This document shows, one piece after another, positions 62,821 to 64,000 of a DNA stretch of 64,000 nt; position 1 is the stretch's first letter; each line of letters starts with the position of its first letter. A program made the position numbers and the translations under genes. The DNA lies in contig CBDFIQ010000002.1 of the NCBI GenBank assembly GCA_965248195.1, positions 3,264,001-3,328,000 of the forward strand. Direction: 5' to 3'. The stretch comes from Longimicrobiales bacterium (GTDB lineage: Bacteria > Gemmatimonadota > Gemmatimonadetes > Longimicrobiales > Gaopeijiaceae). A model generated the notes under the pieces. The model worked only from the letters and a program-made list of their open reading frames with translations. It ran no database searches and was not told where the DNA came from.

Positions 62821-63219
62821 TCAAGCGTGCGGTAGTTGCGCCAGCTGGCGGTATTCGGATGGGGACTGGCCGGTGACTTTCTTAAACCGGCCTTCGAAGT
62901 TCCGTAGGCTCCCGAATCCGACCCTGATGGCGATCCTCGTAAGTGTCAGATGAGGAGTTTGCGTCAGGAGCTGCTTCGCGTCTTCAATTCGGATTTGGGT
63001 GAGGTAATCCTGATACGATATGCCAACGATTCGATGGAACAGCCGGCTGAAGTGATACTTGCTCAAGCAGGCCTCGGCTGCGGCTTGCTCGAGGTTCAAC
63101 GTCGCGGGGTGATGTTGCACCTGGATGAATTGGACGGCTCGCTTGATACCAACATGGGACAGCGAGGCCTCGTCGACGGGAAAGGAGCGGCGCGCCTTTC
63201 CGCGAGTTCTTTGGGTCAT
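62821..63219 (-). CDS. Stand-alone AraC-type HTH protein
   Basis: LS.YHFSRLF, RIEDAK.LL, IA.RVGF.S...F...FKK.TG.SP.EYR; start uncertain. Confidence 0.85.
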   Translation of the reverse strand: MTQRTRGKARRSFPVDEASLSHVGIKRAVQFIQVQHHPATLNLEQAAAEACLSKYHFSRLFHRIVGISYQDYLTQIRIEDAKQLLTQTPHLTLTRIAIRVGFGSLRNFEGRFKKVTGQSPSEYRQLAQLPHA

Positions 63220-63373
63220 GGCCGTGCGCTCCCCCGCGGCCCCGAACCCTCGGTGCCGTTTGGGTAGGGAACTGTGGGCAGAAGAGCTGGGACACACCGC
63301 AGGCTCAGCGGACCGGAGCCGTCAACTCGTAACGAAGCGTCGTTGGATGTAGCGGGCAGTGCCATAAGTAACT

Positions 63374-64000
63374 GGTAGTGTCCCTAGATTTGTGTAAAAG
63401 CGGATAAGCTGGACAGGAGGGAAAGAAAAACGGAAGCTCCTCTGTTGTTGTTCACTGTCACATGAACCCGGGAGTCCGGGTCTGCAGAGCAGGCTCGGAA
63501 CCGGAGAGGAGCTTCCGATGCAAGAGATTGTGGAGATCGGTCGGGCCACGCAAGACGAGCTACGCGATGATTTGCGCGAGCTGTTTCAAGGCGCGATCCG
63601 GCTGACGCTCGAGATGGTGCTGGAAGAGGAGCTGAAGGCCATGGTAGGTGCACGCCGCTTCGAGCGGGTGGGAAGCCGGAAGGACCATAGGAACGGCACA
63701 TACCTGAGGCGGCTGCTGACGAGCCTGGGGCAGATCGAGGTCGCCATGCCCCGGAGCCGGGACAACGGTTCGCCGGCCGACGTGATCGGCCGCTACCAGC
63801 GCAGGAGCCCCGAGCTCGACGAGATGATGGTCGAGGCGTATGTGAGCGGCGTGTCACAGCGCAAGATGGGCGACGTCACCGAGGCGCTGATGGGCGAGCG
63901 TGTTGGGCGCTCGACGGTGAGTCGTGTGGCAAAACGGCTCGACGAGGCCGTGGAAGGGCTGCGCCGTGCGCCGATCGAGGGGCCTCACCCCTATCTGTAC
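63374..64000 (+). mobile_element. IS256-family element, copy 4 (runs off window; transposase from 63518)
   Basis: Same left IR and 5' sequence as copy 3. Confidence 0.95.

Overview
GC-rich bacterial chromosome segment. Gene content (PadR/ADOP permease pairs, HEAT-cyclophilin, VPS10-like propeller, many lineage-type hypothetical proteins) suggests Gemmatimonadota, which is inference only. 1-22.7 kb is mostly core: lipid A/LPS genes (acyltransferase, Kdo kinase, two GT9), hydantoinase B, thiolase and 3-hydroxyacyl-CoA dehydrogenase, rpsU, ssb, crotonase, recF-dciA-gyrB. 22.8-64 kb is accessory: transporters, hydrolases, regulators, four apparently identical IS256-family copies (two clearly interrupt genes), one IS3-family element and gene relics. 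The best candidate for an undescribed system lies between rpsU and ssb (14.1-17.7 kb). Three hypothetical proteins there share a domain 'A' (L[RK]xxYxxYxxxQ[VI]...[LM]PPFExW). Two of them also share a domain 'B' (W..W.G...F..RT[AS][DE]IFxE), fused in opposite orders (B-A versus A-B). They are accompanied by an orphan ORF with a terminator/antiterminator-like leader and a small ribbon-helix-helix-like gene behind an AT-rich, palindrome-rich promoter. All calls are by eye; no database searches were run.
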